From NCBI GenBank assembly GCA_020636535.1, contig JACJXT010000011.1, positions 1,316,812 to 1,380,811 on the forward strand: DNA of 64,000 bases, read 5' to 3'. The notes under the pieces were generated by a model. That model was not told the origin of the DNA. It was given only the letters and a program-made list of their open reading frames with translations, and searched no databases. The stretch comes from Chitinophagales bacterium (GTDB taxonomy: Bacteria > Bacteroidota > Bacteroidia > Chitinophagales > JADIYW01). A program made the translations under genes and the position numbers. The first letter of the stretch is position 1. Each line of letters opens with the position of its first letter. Of this stretch, positions 39,835 to 50,630 are shown one piece after another.

Positions 39835-41184
39835 ATGCAACCTTTTGAAGAAAAATATTATCTGATAATTAAATTAATTTCTATATTTGTTAACCAAAGT
39901 ATGATAAAGGAACTAATCATCCCATCTATTTACCTAATAATAATATCTGTCTTTGTTATAAAGAGCAAGTATTTTAAAAGAGGAAACATCCACCCATTAG
40001 TCGTTTTTGGTGGTTTTGTATTGAAAATTGCAAGTGCTTTTTATTTTGGATACTTATTTAAGCACCATATTTTAAATGGTGGCGATACACTTACCTATTT
40101 TAATGATGGTAATATTGTTTTTAGTTCATTGAAAGATTCTGTGTTAACATACCTACACTTAGTTTTTGGTAATAATGATTACAAACCAGTTGAAGCTAAT
40201 TTGTTGCCTTATACTACAGATATGAGTTTTTGGTACGATACGAGTAACTATTTTATCGTAAGAATTAATGCATTGATTAGATTGATTTCTTTTGGTTCGT
40301 ATAATGTACATGCTATTTTCTTCTCTTTGTTGTCATTTATTGGTACTTATAATTTATATTTATTTTTTGAAGATAAAGTATATAATAAAAAGGTATTACA
40401 GTTTATTTTATTTGGAATTCCGTCTATCGTTTTTTGGACATCTGGTGTACATAAAGAAGCAATCATTATTTTTTCATTAGGTATTATTCTTTATAATGTA
40501 GATAAAATTGTTTCTGGAGTTTATACCAAGAAAAATTTATTAGTAACCGTATTAGGTTTAATATTGCTAGGTTGTATTAGAGTTTATCTATTAGCATTTT
40601 TATTACCATTAATTGCTTCTATTATGATTTATGTAAGATTAGATATGCGTAAATCGTCTATACATATATACTTGTTTACTATTTTGGCTTTCATTATGGT
40701 ATTTACCGTAGTGAATCATTATTTCTTAAATATTCAGTTTATAGACGAGTTTTTAGTTAGAAGAAACCATTTTTTAAATCTTAATCCAGGTAATACTACT
40801 TTCGATGTAGTAACTAATCTAAATACAACAAATGGCTTTTTGTATTTAATTTCAGAAGCATTTATTAATCCATTTATTCGTCCATTACCAACAGAATCTA
40901 ATTTTATATTAGTACTATTAGCTTCATTAGAAACATATGTTTTACTTTTTACTGTAATAGGTTTATTGTTTACTATTAATTTTAAATCACTATATAAAAA
41001 TCCATATGCTGTGTTTTGTATATTGTATGCACTAAGCATTTTATTTTTAATTGGATTAATCGTCAATAATTCAGGAGCAATTGTTCGATATCGTTCTATT
41101 GCCATACCATTCTTATTAATTGGTTTATGTTTAAAGCAATATAATCAACCAGTTAAAGCAATTAAAACTAAACTTGTTAAATAA
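39835..41184 (+). CDS. hypothetical polytopic membrane protein
   Basis: 449-aa ORF with at least 10 hydrophobic segments. The true start may be the ATG at 39901 (MIKELII...). No catalytic motif recognised. Confidence 0.5.
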   Translation: MQPFEEKYYLIIKLISIFVNQSMIKELIIPSIYLIIISVFVIKSKYFKRGNIHPLVVFGGFVLKIASAFYFGYLFKHHILNGGDTLTYFNDGNIVFSSLKDSVLTYLHLVFGNNDYKPVEANLLPYTTDMSFWYDTSNYFIVRINALIRLISFGSYNVHAIFFSLLSFIGTYNLYLFFEDKVYNKKVLQFILFGIPSIVFWTSGVHKEAIIIFSLGIILYNVDKIVSGVYTKKNLLVTVLGLILLGCIRVYLLAFLLPLIASIMIYVRLDMRKSSIHIYLFTILAFIMVFTVVNHYFLNIQFIDEFLVRRNHFLNLNPGNTTFDVVTNLNTTNGFLYLISEAFINPFIRPLPTESNFILVLLASLETYVLLFTVIGLLFTINFKSLYKNPYAVFCILYALSILFLIGLIVNNSGAIVRYRSIAIPFLLIGLCLKQYNQPVKAIKTKLVK

Positions 41185-41247
41185 TTTACATAGTTTAATT
41201 TCTTTTCATAAGTAATATTTTGCATCTTTGATATTAAAAAATGCACG

Positions 41248-43440
41248 ATGTCAATTAAAAGATTTAATGCAATAAATGCCTTTTCATCTCGACCAAAAAT
41301 TGAGGTGGAAATGCCAAAAGAAAAAATTTCTGACTTCTTTGCCAATGCTGTTTTTGGAGAAAAAGAACTTAGACAATATCTTTCTACAGATGCCTATAAA
41401 AAATTCAATGCTTTAAAACAACAAAATAAAAAAGTAGATAGAGAAACAGCCGATTTAGTCGCTGCTGCGATGAAAGCTTGGGCTGTTAATCAAGGAGCTA
41501 CGCATTATACACATTGGTTTCAGCCATTAACAGGTGCTACTGCCGAAAAACATGATTCATTCTTTATTCCAGATTCAACTGGTGGAATAGAAGAATTTTC
41601 AGCAGATGCATTAGTACAACAAGAACCAGACGCATCTTCTTTTCCTTCTGGTGGCATTCGTGCTACTTTTGAAGCAAGAGGTTATACTGCTTGGGATCAA
41701 ACTTCGCCTGCTTTTATCATGACAGTTGGTAATGGAAAAACACTTTGCATTCCTACGATTTTTGTTTCTTATACTGGCGAAACACTAGATTTTAAAGCAC
41801 CTTTGCTAAAATCCATTCAAGCATTAAACAATGCAGCTACAGATGTTTGTAATTATTTTGATAGAAATGTTTCACAGGTTTTTACAACTTTAGGTTGGGA
41901 ACAAGAGTATTTTTTGATTGATTATGCCATGTATTATGCACGACCAGATATTGTAATGAGTGGTCGTTCTTTGTTGGGTCGTCGTTCTGCAAAAGGTCAG
42001 CAATTAGACGATCATTATTTTGGAGCAATTCCAGAGCGAGTGTATTCTTTTATGCGTGATTTTGAGATTGAAGGACTAAAATTAGGTATTCCAATCAGAA
42101 CAAGACATAATGAAGTAGCACCATCGCAGTACGAATGTGCACCAATGTACGAGGAAGCAAACTTAGCTGTAGATCATAATTTATTGTTGATGGATGTGAT
42201 GGAAAGAGTAGCTAGTAAACACAAACTAAAAGTACTTTTTCACGAAAAACCATTTGCAGAAATCAACGGAAGTGGTAAACACAACAATTGGTCATTGCAA
42301 ACAGATACAGGTGTTAATTTATTATCGCCAGGAAAAACACCAAGAACAAATTTACAGTTCTTAACTTTCTTTATTAATACTATTGCAGCAGTAAACAGAC
42401 ATGAAGATTTGTTGCGTGCAGCTGTTGCTTCTCATGGAAACGACCACAGATTAGGTGCTAATGAAGCACCACCAGCAATTATTTCTGTCTTTACTGGTTC
42501 TTATCTCAACAAGGTTTTAGAGATGATTGAAAAAAGAGTAGATGAAAACAATTTTGATGAACAAGACAATATCATTCTTAGAGTAGATATAGATAAAGCC
42601 ATTCCAGATATTTTATTAGATAATACCGATAGGAACAGAACTTCGCCATTTGCTTTTACAGGAAATAAATTTGAATTTAGAGCTGTTGGTTCTTCTGCAA
42701 ATTGTGCTTTGCCAATGACGATAATGAATACTATTGTAGCAGAACAATTACAAATTTTTAAGAAAGAAGTTGATAAATTCATCAAAGCTGGAGATTATAA
42801 AGATGTAGCCATTTTAAAAGTTTTACAGAAAACAATTAAAAGTAGCAAACGCATTTTGTTTGAAGGTGATAATTATTCTGATGCTTGGGAAAAAGAAGCA
42901 AAGAAAAGAGGATTGTCTAACAATAAAAATACACCAACTGCTTTAGATGCTTTAGTTTCTGAAAAAGCAATTAAATTATTTGAGGAACAGAAAGTATACA
43001 CAAAAAGAGAAATCGAGGCAAGATATCATATAGCACTGCATAATTATTGTAATGCACTACAAATTGAATCGAGAGTTTTAGGCGAAATTGTAATGAATCA
43101 AATTATTCCAGTATGTATAGCTTATCAAAATAAATTATTAGAAAATATAAGTGGATTTAAAAATATTGGTTTAGATAAAAAACTATTTAAAACACAACAA
43201 AATTTACTAGAAGATGTTTCTAATAGTATAGAAAATTTAGTGACTATGCATGATGAAATGTTTAAGATTAGAGTAGAAGCAAACAATGAAAGCGATGCTA
43301 AAAAACAAGCACTAATTTATAGCGATAAAATTATTCCTTTAATGAATAACATCAGACAAATTGTAGATAAATTGGAAAATATTGTTGATGATGAGTTTTG
43401 GCCTTTACCTAAATATCGAGAGATGTTAATTACTAAATAA
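41248..43440 (+). CDS. glnN: glutamine synthetase type III
   Basis: 730 aa. Length and conserved blocks (YTHWFQPLTG, HNEVAPSQYE, FHEKPF..INGSGKHNNWS) are typical of GSIII. Confidence 0.93.
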   Translation: MSIKRFNAINAFSSRPKIEVEMPKEKISDFFANAVFGEKELRQYLSTDAYKKFNALKQQNKKVDRETADLVAAAMKAWAVNQGATHYTHWFQPLTGATAEKHDSFFIPDSTGGIEEFSADALVQQEPDASSFPSGGIRATFEARGYTAWDQTSPAFIMTVGNGKTLCIPTIFVSYTGETLDFKAPLLKSIQALNNAATDVCNYFDRNVSQVFTTLGWEQEYFLIDYAMYYARPDIVMSGRSLLGRRSAKGQQLDDHYFGAIPERVYSFMRDFEIEGLKLGIPIRTRHNEVAPSQYECAPMYEEANLAVDHNLLLMDVMERVASKHKLKVLFHEKPFAEINGSGKHNNWSLQTDTGVNLLSPGKTPRTNLQFLTFFINTIAAVNRHEDLLRAAVASHGNDHRLGANEAPPAIISVFTGSYLNKVLEMIEKRVDENNFDEQDNIILRVDIDKAIPDILLDNTDRNRTSPFAFTGNKFEFRAVGSSANCALPMTIMNTIVAEQLQIFKKEVDKFIKAGDYKDVAILKVLQKTIKSSKRILFEGDNYSDAWEKEAKKRGLSNNKNTPTALDALVSEKAIKLFEEQKVYTKREIEARYHIALHNYCNALQIESRVLGEIVMNQIIPVCIAYQNKLLENISGFKNIGLDKKLFKTQQNLLEDVSNSIENLVTMHDEMFKIRVEANNESDAKKQALIYSDKIIPLMNNIRQIVDKLENIVDDEFWPLPKYREMLITK

Positions 43441-43446
43441 TATTTA

Positions 43447-45405
43447 ATGATAAAATATTTATATATAATATTAGTATTGTTTTTACTTAGTGCTTGTTCT
43501 TCTACAGCTAAGATTAAAGATGGAGCTACTGCATATAATTTAAAACACTATACTGTTGCTAGTAAATTACTACAAAAAGATTTTAGTAATGCAAAAAGCA
43601 ATGCAGATAAAATTAAAATTGCACAACAAATTGCACAGAGTTTTGAATATCAACAAGCATACCAACAAGCTTTAGACTGGAATAAAAAAGCATTTGATAT
43701 TGAACAAAATGAAAATACAGTTAAAAAATATATTAATTCGTTAAAAAGTAATTCCAACTATAACGAAGCACTTACAGTTTTAAATCAATATGTAGCAGAC
43801 CATAAATCAGAAAAAGTTTTATTTCAAAAAGAGATAGATTTTTTAAGCAAAATTGTTGATAATAAAAGCGAACAAAATTTTGTAGTAAAACCATTAAATG
43901 AGTTAAATTCATCAGCAAGCGATTTTGCTTCATTTAAAAAAGACAACACACTTTATTTTTCTTCTACAAGAAATAATGATGAAGGTAAAGATGCATACAA
44001 TGGAGAAGCGTACACCAAAATTTATCAAGCAACTATAGATAATGATACTACATTTTCTAATATTAAAATTGCTGATTATTTCAATGCACCATATCACAAT
44101 GCTGAGTTAGTGGTTAGTAAAGATGGCAAAGAAGCGTACTTTACTAAATGTGGTTCTAAAGAAAAAGAAACCGATGATTATTGTCATATTTATCAGTCGT
44201 TTTTGAAAGAAAATGGTTCATGGTCAACACCACAAAGACTAACATTTTTTAATGAAAAGTCGAATGAAGGTCAGCCATACCTTTCACCAGACAATCAAAT
44301 TTTATATTTTACTTCGGATGTAGAAAATCAAGGTTATGGTGGAAGAGATATTTATTTTTCTAAAAAAGATAATGAAGGCAACTTTACACAAGCAATTAAT
44401 TTAGGACGAAATGTAAATACAAAAGGAGAGGAGTATTTTCCTACAATTGCTGATGATAATACTTTGTATTTTTCTAGTAATGGACATATAGGTTATGGTG
44501 GATTAGATATTTTTTCTGCTAAATTAAATGGAAAAATATACGATAGTATTCAAAATATAGGTGAACCATTTAATTCTAATGGCGACGATTTTTACATACA
44601 AAAATTACCTAATAAATCTAAAGATATTGCTATGACTGCTTATCTAACTTCTAATAGATTTGGTAATAAAGATGATATCTTGTTTGTAGAAAGCATTCAA
44701 CCTAAACAAGAAGAAATTCCAGTAGTGTTGCCAAAACCAGTTATTGTTTGTAATATTTTGGTAGAAGAAAATCAATATCAAGAGCTCAATAATCCAAGCT
44801 CTACGGTTATAGGAAAACAAACGGTACAAAATGCTACGATTGCATATCAAAATAAAACAGTGCAAACAAATGAATTAGGTCAAACACAAATTATATTATC
44901 ACCAAATCAAAATATTAACTTTTTAGTTTCAAAAGATAATTATTTGTCTAAAACAGATAATATTAATACGCAACAATATACCAATTTAAAAGATGGCGAT
45001 ACTATAATTATTACAAAAAATATACTATTACAAAAAATATTTAAAGATGTAGAAATTGTACTAGAAAATATATACTACGATTATAATAAAGCTAATATTC
45101 GTAAAGATGCAGAAGCAAGCTTAAATGAACTCATTACTATTCTAAAAGAAAATCCAAGTATAAAAATAGAATTGGCTTCAAATACAGATTGTAGAGGAAC
45201 GGAAGCGTATAATCAAAAATTATCGCAACAAAGAGCAGAAAGTGTAGTCAATTATTTAGTGCAAAATGGCATTAGTGCAGACAGATTGGTTGCTAAAGGT
45301 TATGGAGAAAACAACCCAATTGAAAAATGTAATTGTACAGATTGTACAGAAGAACAACATCAGAAAAACAGAAGAACAAGCTTTAAAATATTAAACGATA
45401 AATAA
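43447..45405 (+). CDS. OmpA-family protein with TPR-like and TolB/PD40-like repeats
   Basis: 652 aa with a lipoprotein-like signal (LLSACS). It has repeated YF(S/T)S...GYGG.DI(Y/F) blades and the C-terminal OmpA-like peptidoglycan-binding motif NTDCRGTEAYNQKLSQQRA...NRRT. Confidence 0.8.
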   Translation: MIKYLYIILVLFLLSACSSTAKIKDGATAYNLKHYTVASKLLQKDFSNAKSNADKIKIAQQIAQSFEYQQAYQQALDWNKKAFDIEQNENTVKKYINSLKSNSNYNEALTVLNQYVADHKSEKVLFQKEIDFLSKIVDNKSEQNFVVKPLNELNSSASDFASFKKDNTLYFSSTRNNDEGKDAYNGEAYTKIYQATIDNDTTFSNIKIADYFNAPYHNAELVVSKDGKEAYFTKCGSKEKETDDYCHIYQSFLKENGSWSTPQRLTFFNEKSNEGQPYLSPDNQILYFTSDVENQGYGGRDIYFSKKDNEGNFTQAINLGRNVNTKGEEYFPTIADDNTLYFSSNGHIGYGGLDIFSAKLNGKIYDSIQNIGEPFNSNGDDFYIQKLPNKSKDIAMTAYLTSNRFGNKDDILFVESIQPKQEEIPVVLPKPVIVCNILVEENQYQELNNPSSTVIGKQTVQNATIAYQNKTVQTNELGQTQIILSPNQNINFLVSKDNYLSKTDNINTQQYTNLKDGDTIIITKNILLQKIFKDVEIVLENIYYDYNKANIRKDAEASLNELITILKENPSIKIELASNTDCRGTEAYNQKLSQQRAESVVNYLVQNGISADRLVAKGYGENNPIEKCNCTDCTEEQHQKNRRTSFKILNDK

Positions 45406-45854
45406 TGGCTAAATCTTTATTTGATACATCGACACAACAAGAAATTCAAGCACGATTAAATCAACTCAACGAAAATTCTACAAGAAAATGGGGAAAAATG
45501 TCAGTGTCTCAAATGTTAAAACACATGGACATTGCCTTTGCTGTTCCTATTAAAAAAATTACAGTAGAAAAAGACAAACTATTTGTTTTAGCAGCTAATC
45601 CAGTAACTCGTTTTTTTATAGTTACTTTAGCTAATAAATGGCCAAAAAATTTAATGACAGCTAAAGAATTTATTGTAGAAACAGATGAAAATTTTAATCA
45701 AGCCAAAACAGAATTTCTACAAACCTATAATGCCTTTTTAATAGCTACAGATTTCTCTGGCGTACATCCAATTTTTGGCGTAATGAAAAAAGAAATGTGG
45801 GGAACAGCTATGTACAAACACTTAAATCATCACTTAGAACAATTTGGTGTGTAA
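45405..45854 (+). CDS. DinB-superfamily / DUF1569-like protein
   Basis: 149 aa. RKWGKMSVSQMLKHM...HHLEQFGV resembles DUF1569. Its stop overlaps the purM start (TAATG). Confidence 0.5.
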   Translation: MAKSLFDTSTQQEIQARLNQLNENSTRKWGKMSVSQMLKHMDIAFAVPIKKITVEKDKLFVLAANPVTRFFIVTLANKWPKNLMTAKEFIVETDENFNQAKTEFLQTYNAFLIATDFSGVHPIFGVMKKEMWGTAMYKHLNHHLEQFGV

Positions 45855-47023
45855 TGAGTGAAAATCGATACGATATAAGAGGCGTTTCTGCTACCAAAGA
45901 TGAAGTCCACAAGGCAATAAAAAATACCAATCAAGGTTTATTTCCACAAGCATTTTGCAAAATCTATCCAGATTTTTTAGCTAATGATGACAACTACGCT
46001 TACATCATGCATGCAGATGGAGCAGGAACTAAGTCGTCTTTGGCGTATATGTATTGGAGAGAAACTGGCGATTTATCAGTTTGGAAAGGCATTGCTCAAG
46101 ATGCTATTGTTATGAATACAGACGATTTAATTTGCGTTGGTGCTACTACCAATTTTACGATGTCGTCTATTATTAATCGTAATAAACACTTGGTTTCTGG
46201 TGATGTTATTGAAGCAATAATTGATGGCACAAATGAAATTGTTGAAAATTTAGCACAACACGGAATTGTTATTCATGCAATGGGTGGCGAAACTGCAGAT
46301 GTTGGTGATACAGTTAAAACAATAGTTGTTGATGCTGTAATGGCTGCAAGAATTAAAAAATCAGGAGTTATTGACAATGCCAATATTAAAGCAGGAAATG
46401 TTATTATTGGATTGGCTTCTTTTGGACAAGCATCGTACGAAAAAGAGTACAACGGTGGTATGGGAAGCAATGGTTTAACTTCTGCACGACATGATGTGTT
46501 TGATAAAATATATGCAGAAAAATATCCAGAGTGTTTTGATGAAAATACCGATTACGATTTTGTTTTTAGTGGATCAAAATCACTTATAGATAAAGTGGAA
46601 AATGTTCCTTTAGATATGGGAAAATTGGTGTTGTCGCCAACCAGAACATATGCACCAGTTGTAAAAAAAGTAATTGAAACTATTGGTGTAAATAATATTA
46701 ATGGAATGATACATTGTAGTGGAGGTGCACAAACAAAAATACTACATTATATCGATCAATATCATATAATTAAAGATCGTTTGTTTGATATTCCACCTTT
46801 ATTTCAAATTATACAAGCAGAAAGCAAAACCAATTGGAGTGAAATGTACCAAGTGTTTAACTGTGGACATCGTTTAGAATTTTATTGTGAGGAACAATTT
46901 GCGAATGAAATAATTAGTATTGCGAACAGTTTTAATATAGATGCAAAAATTATTGGTAGAGTAGAAGCATCACCTACAAAAAAGCTGACTATAAATTCTA
47001 CCTACGGAACTTTTGAATATTGA
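45854..47023 (+). CDS. purM: AIR synthase-type phosphoribosylformylglycinamidine cyclo-ligase (Bacteroidetes long form)
   Basis: Start set at the ATG at 45854 (MSENRYDIRGVSATKDEVHKAI...), giving 389 aa. Aligned PurM-fold blocks include HADGAGTKS and MIHCSGGAQTK. Confidence 0.8.
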   Translation: MSENRYDIRGVSATKDEVHKAIKNTNQGLFPQAFCKIYPDFLANDDNYAYIMHADGAGTKSSLAYMYWRETGDLSVWKGIAQDAIVMNTDDLICVGATTNFTMSSIINRNKHLVSGDVIEAIIDGTNEIVENLAQHGIVIHAMGGETADVGDTVKTIVVDAVMAARIKKSGVIDNANIKAGNVIIGLASFGQASYEKEYNGGMGSNGLTSARHDVFDKIYAEKYPECFDENTDYDFVFSGSKSLIDKVENVPLDMGKLVLSPTRTYAPVVKKVIETIGVNNINGMIHCSGGAQTKILHYIDQYHIIKDRLFDIPPLFQIIQAESKTNWSEMYQVFNCGHRLEFYCEEQFANEIISIANSFNIDAKIIGRVEASPTKKLTINSTYGTFEY

Positions 47024-47488
47024 TTTTGCTTTTATCGGTCGGTGTCTTCACCGACCAGTTTTTTTTATATTGTGCAGCTAGATATTGTGTGCTGTTAGAA
47101 GTTTCCTTCTGACATTTTTTCGAGTGTATCACCAAACAAAATCATCTATTTTTTATTGAACTTATAAGGATTTTGAATACAAAATATATGCCTACGCTTT
47201 CACTAATCACTTATATTAATTGCAATGATATTCAACGCTGTTTTGATTTGCTTTTATCGGTCGGTGTCCTCACCGACCGAAATATTTTTCGTGCTGTCAG
47301 AAGTTTCCTTCTGACATTTTTTCGAGTGTATCACCAAACAAAATCATCTATTTTTTGTTGAACTTATAAGGATTTTGAATACAAAATATATGCCTACGCT
47401 TTCACTAATCACTTATATAGATTGCAATGATATTCAACGCTGTTTTGATTTGCTTTTATCGGTCGGTGTCTTCACCGACAGAAATATT
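47017..47488 (+). repeat. tandem duplication (about 202-bp unit, 2 copies) that reiterates the purM 3' end and terminator hairpin three times
   Basis: The unit boundaries GTGCTGT(T/C)AGAAGTTTCC are at 47089 and 47291. ATCGGTCGGTGTC(T/C)TCACCGAC is at 47034, 47256 and 47458. Each unit also carries the hairpin GTCAGAAG-TTTC-CTTCTGAC followed by ATTTTTT. Confidence 0.9.
47037..47066 (+). terminator. intrinsic terminator after purM
   Basis: 8-bp GC-rich stem GGTCGGTG/CACCGACC with a 4-nt loop, then AG plus T8, 14 nt after the stop. Confidence 0.8.
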
Positions 47489-47497
47489 ATACCATAA

Positions 47498-47765
47498 ATT
47501 ACTCAGTTTAATGCACCATTTCATTTTAGATATGAACAAATTAAAGGTATCTTTAAATATATAATTCACGACCATTATTTTGAATTAAAAACAGATAAAG
47601 TAGTAATGATTGATAGATTTAATTATGAAGCACCATTAGGATTTCTTGGACGAGTTGCAGAAGTTCTTTTTCTAAATAAGTATATGACAAATTTACTACA
47701 ATCAAGAAATCAGTACATCAAACAATATGCAGAAACGGATAAATGGAGAAGTATTTTAGACTAAG
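47498..47765 (+). pseudogene. 5'-truncated SRPBCC-family gene fragment
   Basis: Open frame with no start codon: ...FRYEQIKGIFKYIIHDHYFELKTDKVVMIDRFNYEAPLGFLGRVAEVLFLNKYMTNLLQSRNQYIKQYAE... This looks like the C-terminal two-thirds of an SRPBCC (START-like) protein. The N-terminal part is replaced by the tandem repeat. Confidence 0.55.
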
Positions 47766-48005
47766 CAAAAAAGTGCATAGCACTTCAACCTTATTAGAAA
47801 AACTATAACCTTATAAATAAAATACAGTGCAACTGTATAACTTTCTTCTATTATACCAAGTGTTTTTAGTTTTACATTATTTTTTTGCTACACAATTATT
47901 CTTTACGCTTTATAATCTTCAAGAAAAGTACAAAGTTTCCATTTTTCTTGTATTGGGTTTTAACGCCCAAATGTACAGCAGGGTTAAAATATTTTTTTTG
48001 AAGTA

Positions 48006-49625
48006 TTAACTTACTTTAATGCTTTCTAAAATTGCTGTTGCTACTTGTTTGCCAGTTGCTGCTGCTCCGTTCATAAATCCTTGAAATAGTTCGCTACAAT
48101 GTTCGCCTGCAAATAAAAAGTTGCCAATTGGTTCTATTTCTAATCCAGCAATGGTTGACCATTGTCCGACTTTATAACAACTGTAACTTCCTTTAGCAAA
48201 AGGATAATCTATCCAGTTGACAAAAACATGTTTATCTAAGAATTTTTCTTTTGATTTAGGAAATACTGAGTTTAAATCGTCTACCATTTTATTTACTGTT
48301 TGTTCTGGTAATTCAGTTTTCCAAACATGTGTTGGTGGTGCCATTTTATTCTTGAAGGATTGTGCATTTAAGTTCTCTGAGAATTTTCCACCAAAAAAAC
48401 AAATATATGCATTGTTTATATTATTTTCTGTTTTTGTATAACTTCCGTCCCAGCCATTTGAAATATCTTTATGAAATAAATAACCCATAGCATGATTTGG
48501 TTGTTCTCGCCAAGGTCGATCTTTATATCCTAGCACCAATTTTGTATTAGTACCATAACCTAATTCATCAATACATTTTCTTTTTTTAGAAGATATATTT
48601 TTTAAATCGAGTTTTATTTTTCTAAGAATAGTAAACGGAATAGTACAAACAATTGCCTTTGCTACAACAGTAGATTCGTCTGTGAATGTAATTAGGTAAG
48701 TACTATCTTTTTGTTCTTTAATAGCTTTTACTTCGTGATTGGTTTTTATTTTGTTTGAACCAATTTTTCCAACCAATGCTTCTATTACTTTAGAGTTGCC
48801 ACCTTTAATTCTATAGCGTTCATCACTAGCACCAAATACTTTAAATCCATCGTTGGTATTGGTGTCAATCATATCTAAAAAATTTAGTGTAGATTGTTCA
48901 CTACAATCTAATCCAAACTCTGCAATATAAGCTGCATCTAAAATATCTTTTAACCATTGCTTACAGTTTAATGATTTGAAATAATCGGATAATGGTGTAT
49001 TGTCAAGTGCAATTGCTTTTTCTGTATCATAATTTTCGCCTAAAGCATCAATGTCTGCTACTAATTTTGGAGCGATATTTTTAAACTCTGCTATGATTTC
49101 TGTTTCACTAATACTTCTATTATCAAAATAATATATGTCTTTAATATAATTATTTACTTCTTGTTCTTCTACTAAATCAATTAATTCCAAATTAAATTCT
49201 TTTGCCAAATCAAGCATATCTTCATGGTCAGAATCAATAAAATCGCCACCAAATTCAGGAAAAATACCTAAGCCAAGCGAATCGTTATAGTGTGTCAAAA
49301 TTCTACCACCTAATCGTTTACTTGCTTCAAATATTTGAAAAGATAAATTACTTGGTAATAGATGATTAGCACAATTTAAACCAGCCATTCCACCACCTAA
49401 AATGGCAACATCTAAAATGTTTTCATCAGATTTATTTTTACAAGCAGTCAGTAGATTAGGTAATGACAGTGCAATACCTGCACCTACACTTGCTTTTGCA
49501 GCATTGCTAATGAATTTTCTTCTGCTTTTTATAAATGGTTGGTGTCGACACCAACCATTAGCAATAATCTCTTGATTTAATAAACTTAATAAAGTACTAA
49601 GTGTTTTGTTTTTTGGTTTTCTCAT
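48006..49625 (-). CDS. FAD-dependent amine oxidase (flavin monoamine / L-amino-acid oxidase family) with a Tat-like signal
   Basis: 539 aa. It has SRRKFISNAAKASVGAG (twin-arginine-like), the dinucleotide-binding ILGGGMAGL...FEASKRLGGR, and a C-terminal FAGEH block. Confidence 0.8.
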   Translation of the reverse strand: MRKPKNKTLSTLLSLLNQEIIANGWCRHQPFIKSRRKFISNAAKASVGAGIALSLPNLLTACKNKSDENILDVAILGGGMAGLNCANHLLPSNLSFQIFEASKRLGGRILTHYNDSLGLGIFPEFGGDFIDSDHEDMLDLAKEFNLELIDLVEEQEVNNYIKDIYYFDNRSISETEIIAEFKNIAPKLVADIDALGENYDTEKAIALDNTPLSDYFKSLNCKQWLKDILDAAYIAEFGLDCSEQSTLNFLDMIDTNTNDGFKVFGASDERYRIKGGNSKVIEALVGKIGSNKIKTNHEVKAIKEQKDSTYLITFTDESTVVAKAIVCTIPFTILRKIKLDLKNISSKKRKCIDELGYGTNTKLVLGYKDRPWREQPNHAMGYLFHKDISNGWDGSYTKTENNINNAYICFFGGKFSENLNAQSFKNKMAPPTHVWKTELPEQTVNKMVDDLNSVFPKSKEKFLDKHVFVNWIDYPFAKGSYSCYKVGQWSTIAGLEIEPIGNFLFAGEHCSELFQGFMNGAAATGKQVATAILESIKVS

Positions 49626-49700
49626 AGTTTTAGTTTTTATAATTAGATTCCTAAAATCTTACTACGAAGTTTTTAGAAAAGACAAAAATATTCTACATAA

Positions 49701-50006
49701 TTATGTAAATTTTAGTTTTTCTAACATCTCATCTGCAATATCATCAGAATAAATACTATATGCATTTATCATTATTCCTTTAATTTGATATTTGTTAGAA
49801 CTAATTGCATATAAAATAGACTCACCGTCTGGACTTGAGTCATCTGCTTCAAATCTAAATGATTTATCTATTTCAAATTCATTGTGAAAAACTTTGTAGG
49901 AGCCATTGCTACACTCTAAACAATTTTGCTTTAAATTAAAATCTTCTGTATATCCTTGTTGTTTTAATGCATTAATTGCTTCTACGATGTTATTATATGC
50001 TTCCAT
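49701..50006 (-). CDS. conserved hypothetical small protein
   Basis: 101-aa ORF, tightly packed with its neighbour (2 nt from the upstream gene). No motif recognised. Confidence 0.5.
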   Translation of the reverse strand: MEAYNNIVEAINALKQQGYTEDFNLKQNCLECSNGSYKVFHNEFEIDKSFRFEADDSSPDGESILYAISSNKYQIKGIMINAYSIYSDDIADEMLEKLKFT

Positions 50007-50008
50007 AA

Positions 50009-50548
50009 TTAATTTTGTGAGATACTTTGTTTGAATTCTTCAATAGTTTGATTTAAAGTTACTAAAAGTTCTGGATTTGTGAACGATTCACTAAATGTAT
50101 CGAAGTTTTCGTAGAATTTTGGCAAAGAAAAGGTCGCTTTAATAGCTGCCCCAAACTGTGGAAGAAAAGTTTTTGCTGTATTTAAAACATTGCCACCACC
50201 AAAACCACCTGGCGATGTACTCATTAACAACATTGGTTTATTTTGAAATACTTTTACATTGATTCTTGAACTCCAATCGAATATATTTTTAAATGCAACA
50301 GTATACGACCTATTGTGTTCTGCTAAAGAACAAATAATAATATCGGCATCTTCTATATGCTTTAGAAATAAATGAGCTTCATTGGGAATACCATTTTTTT
50401 CTCTATCTATAGAAAAAATAGGCATTTCAAAATCGTTTAAATCAATTAGATTTATTTCGTGCTCTGGAAATTGTTTTAGCACAAATTGTACTAATGCTTT
50501 ATTAATTGAGGTAGAAGAATTACTACCTGCAAATGCGAGTATTTTCAT
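50009..50548 (-). CDS. NAD(P)H-dependent FMN reductase-family oxidoreductase
   Basis: 179 aa, flavodoxin-like. MKILAFAGSNSSTSINK and SLAEHNRSYT blocks are present. Confidence 0.8.
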   Translation of the reverse strand: MKILAFAGSNSSTSINKALVQFVLKQFPEHEINLIDLNDFEMPIFSIDREKNGIPNEAHLFLKHIEDADIIICSLAEHNRSYTVAFKNIFDWSSRINVKVFQNKPMLLMSTSPGGFGGGNVLNTAKTFLPQFGAAIKATFSLPKFYENFDTFSESFTNPELLVTLNQTIEEFKQSISQN

Positions 50549-50630
50549 AAAATATTTGTTTTGAAATTATGTGTATAATAGACTTTGTTTTTTAAAAAAT
50601 ATGTCAATTAAAAAGAATTGACTTTAAATG

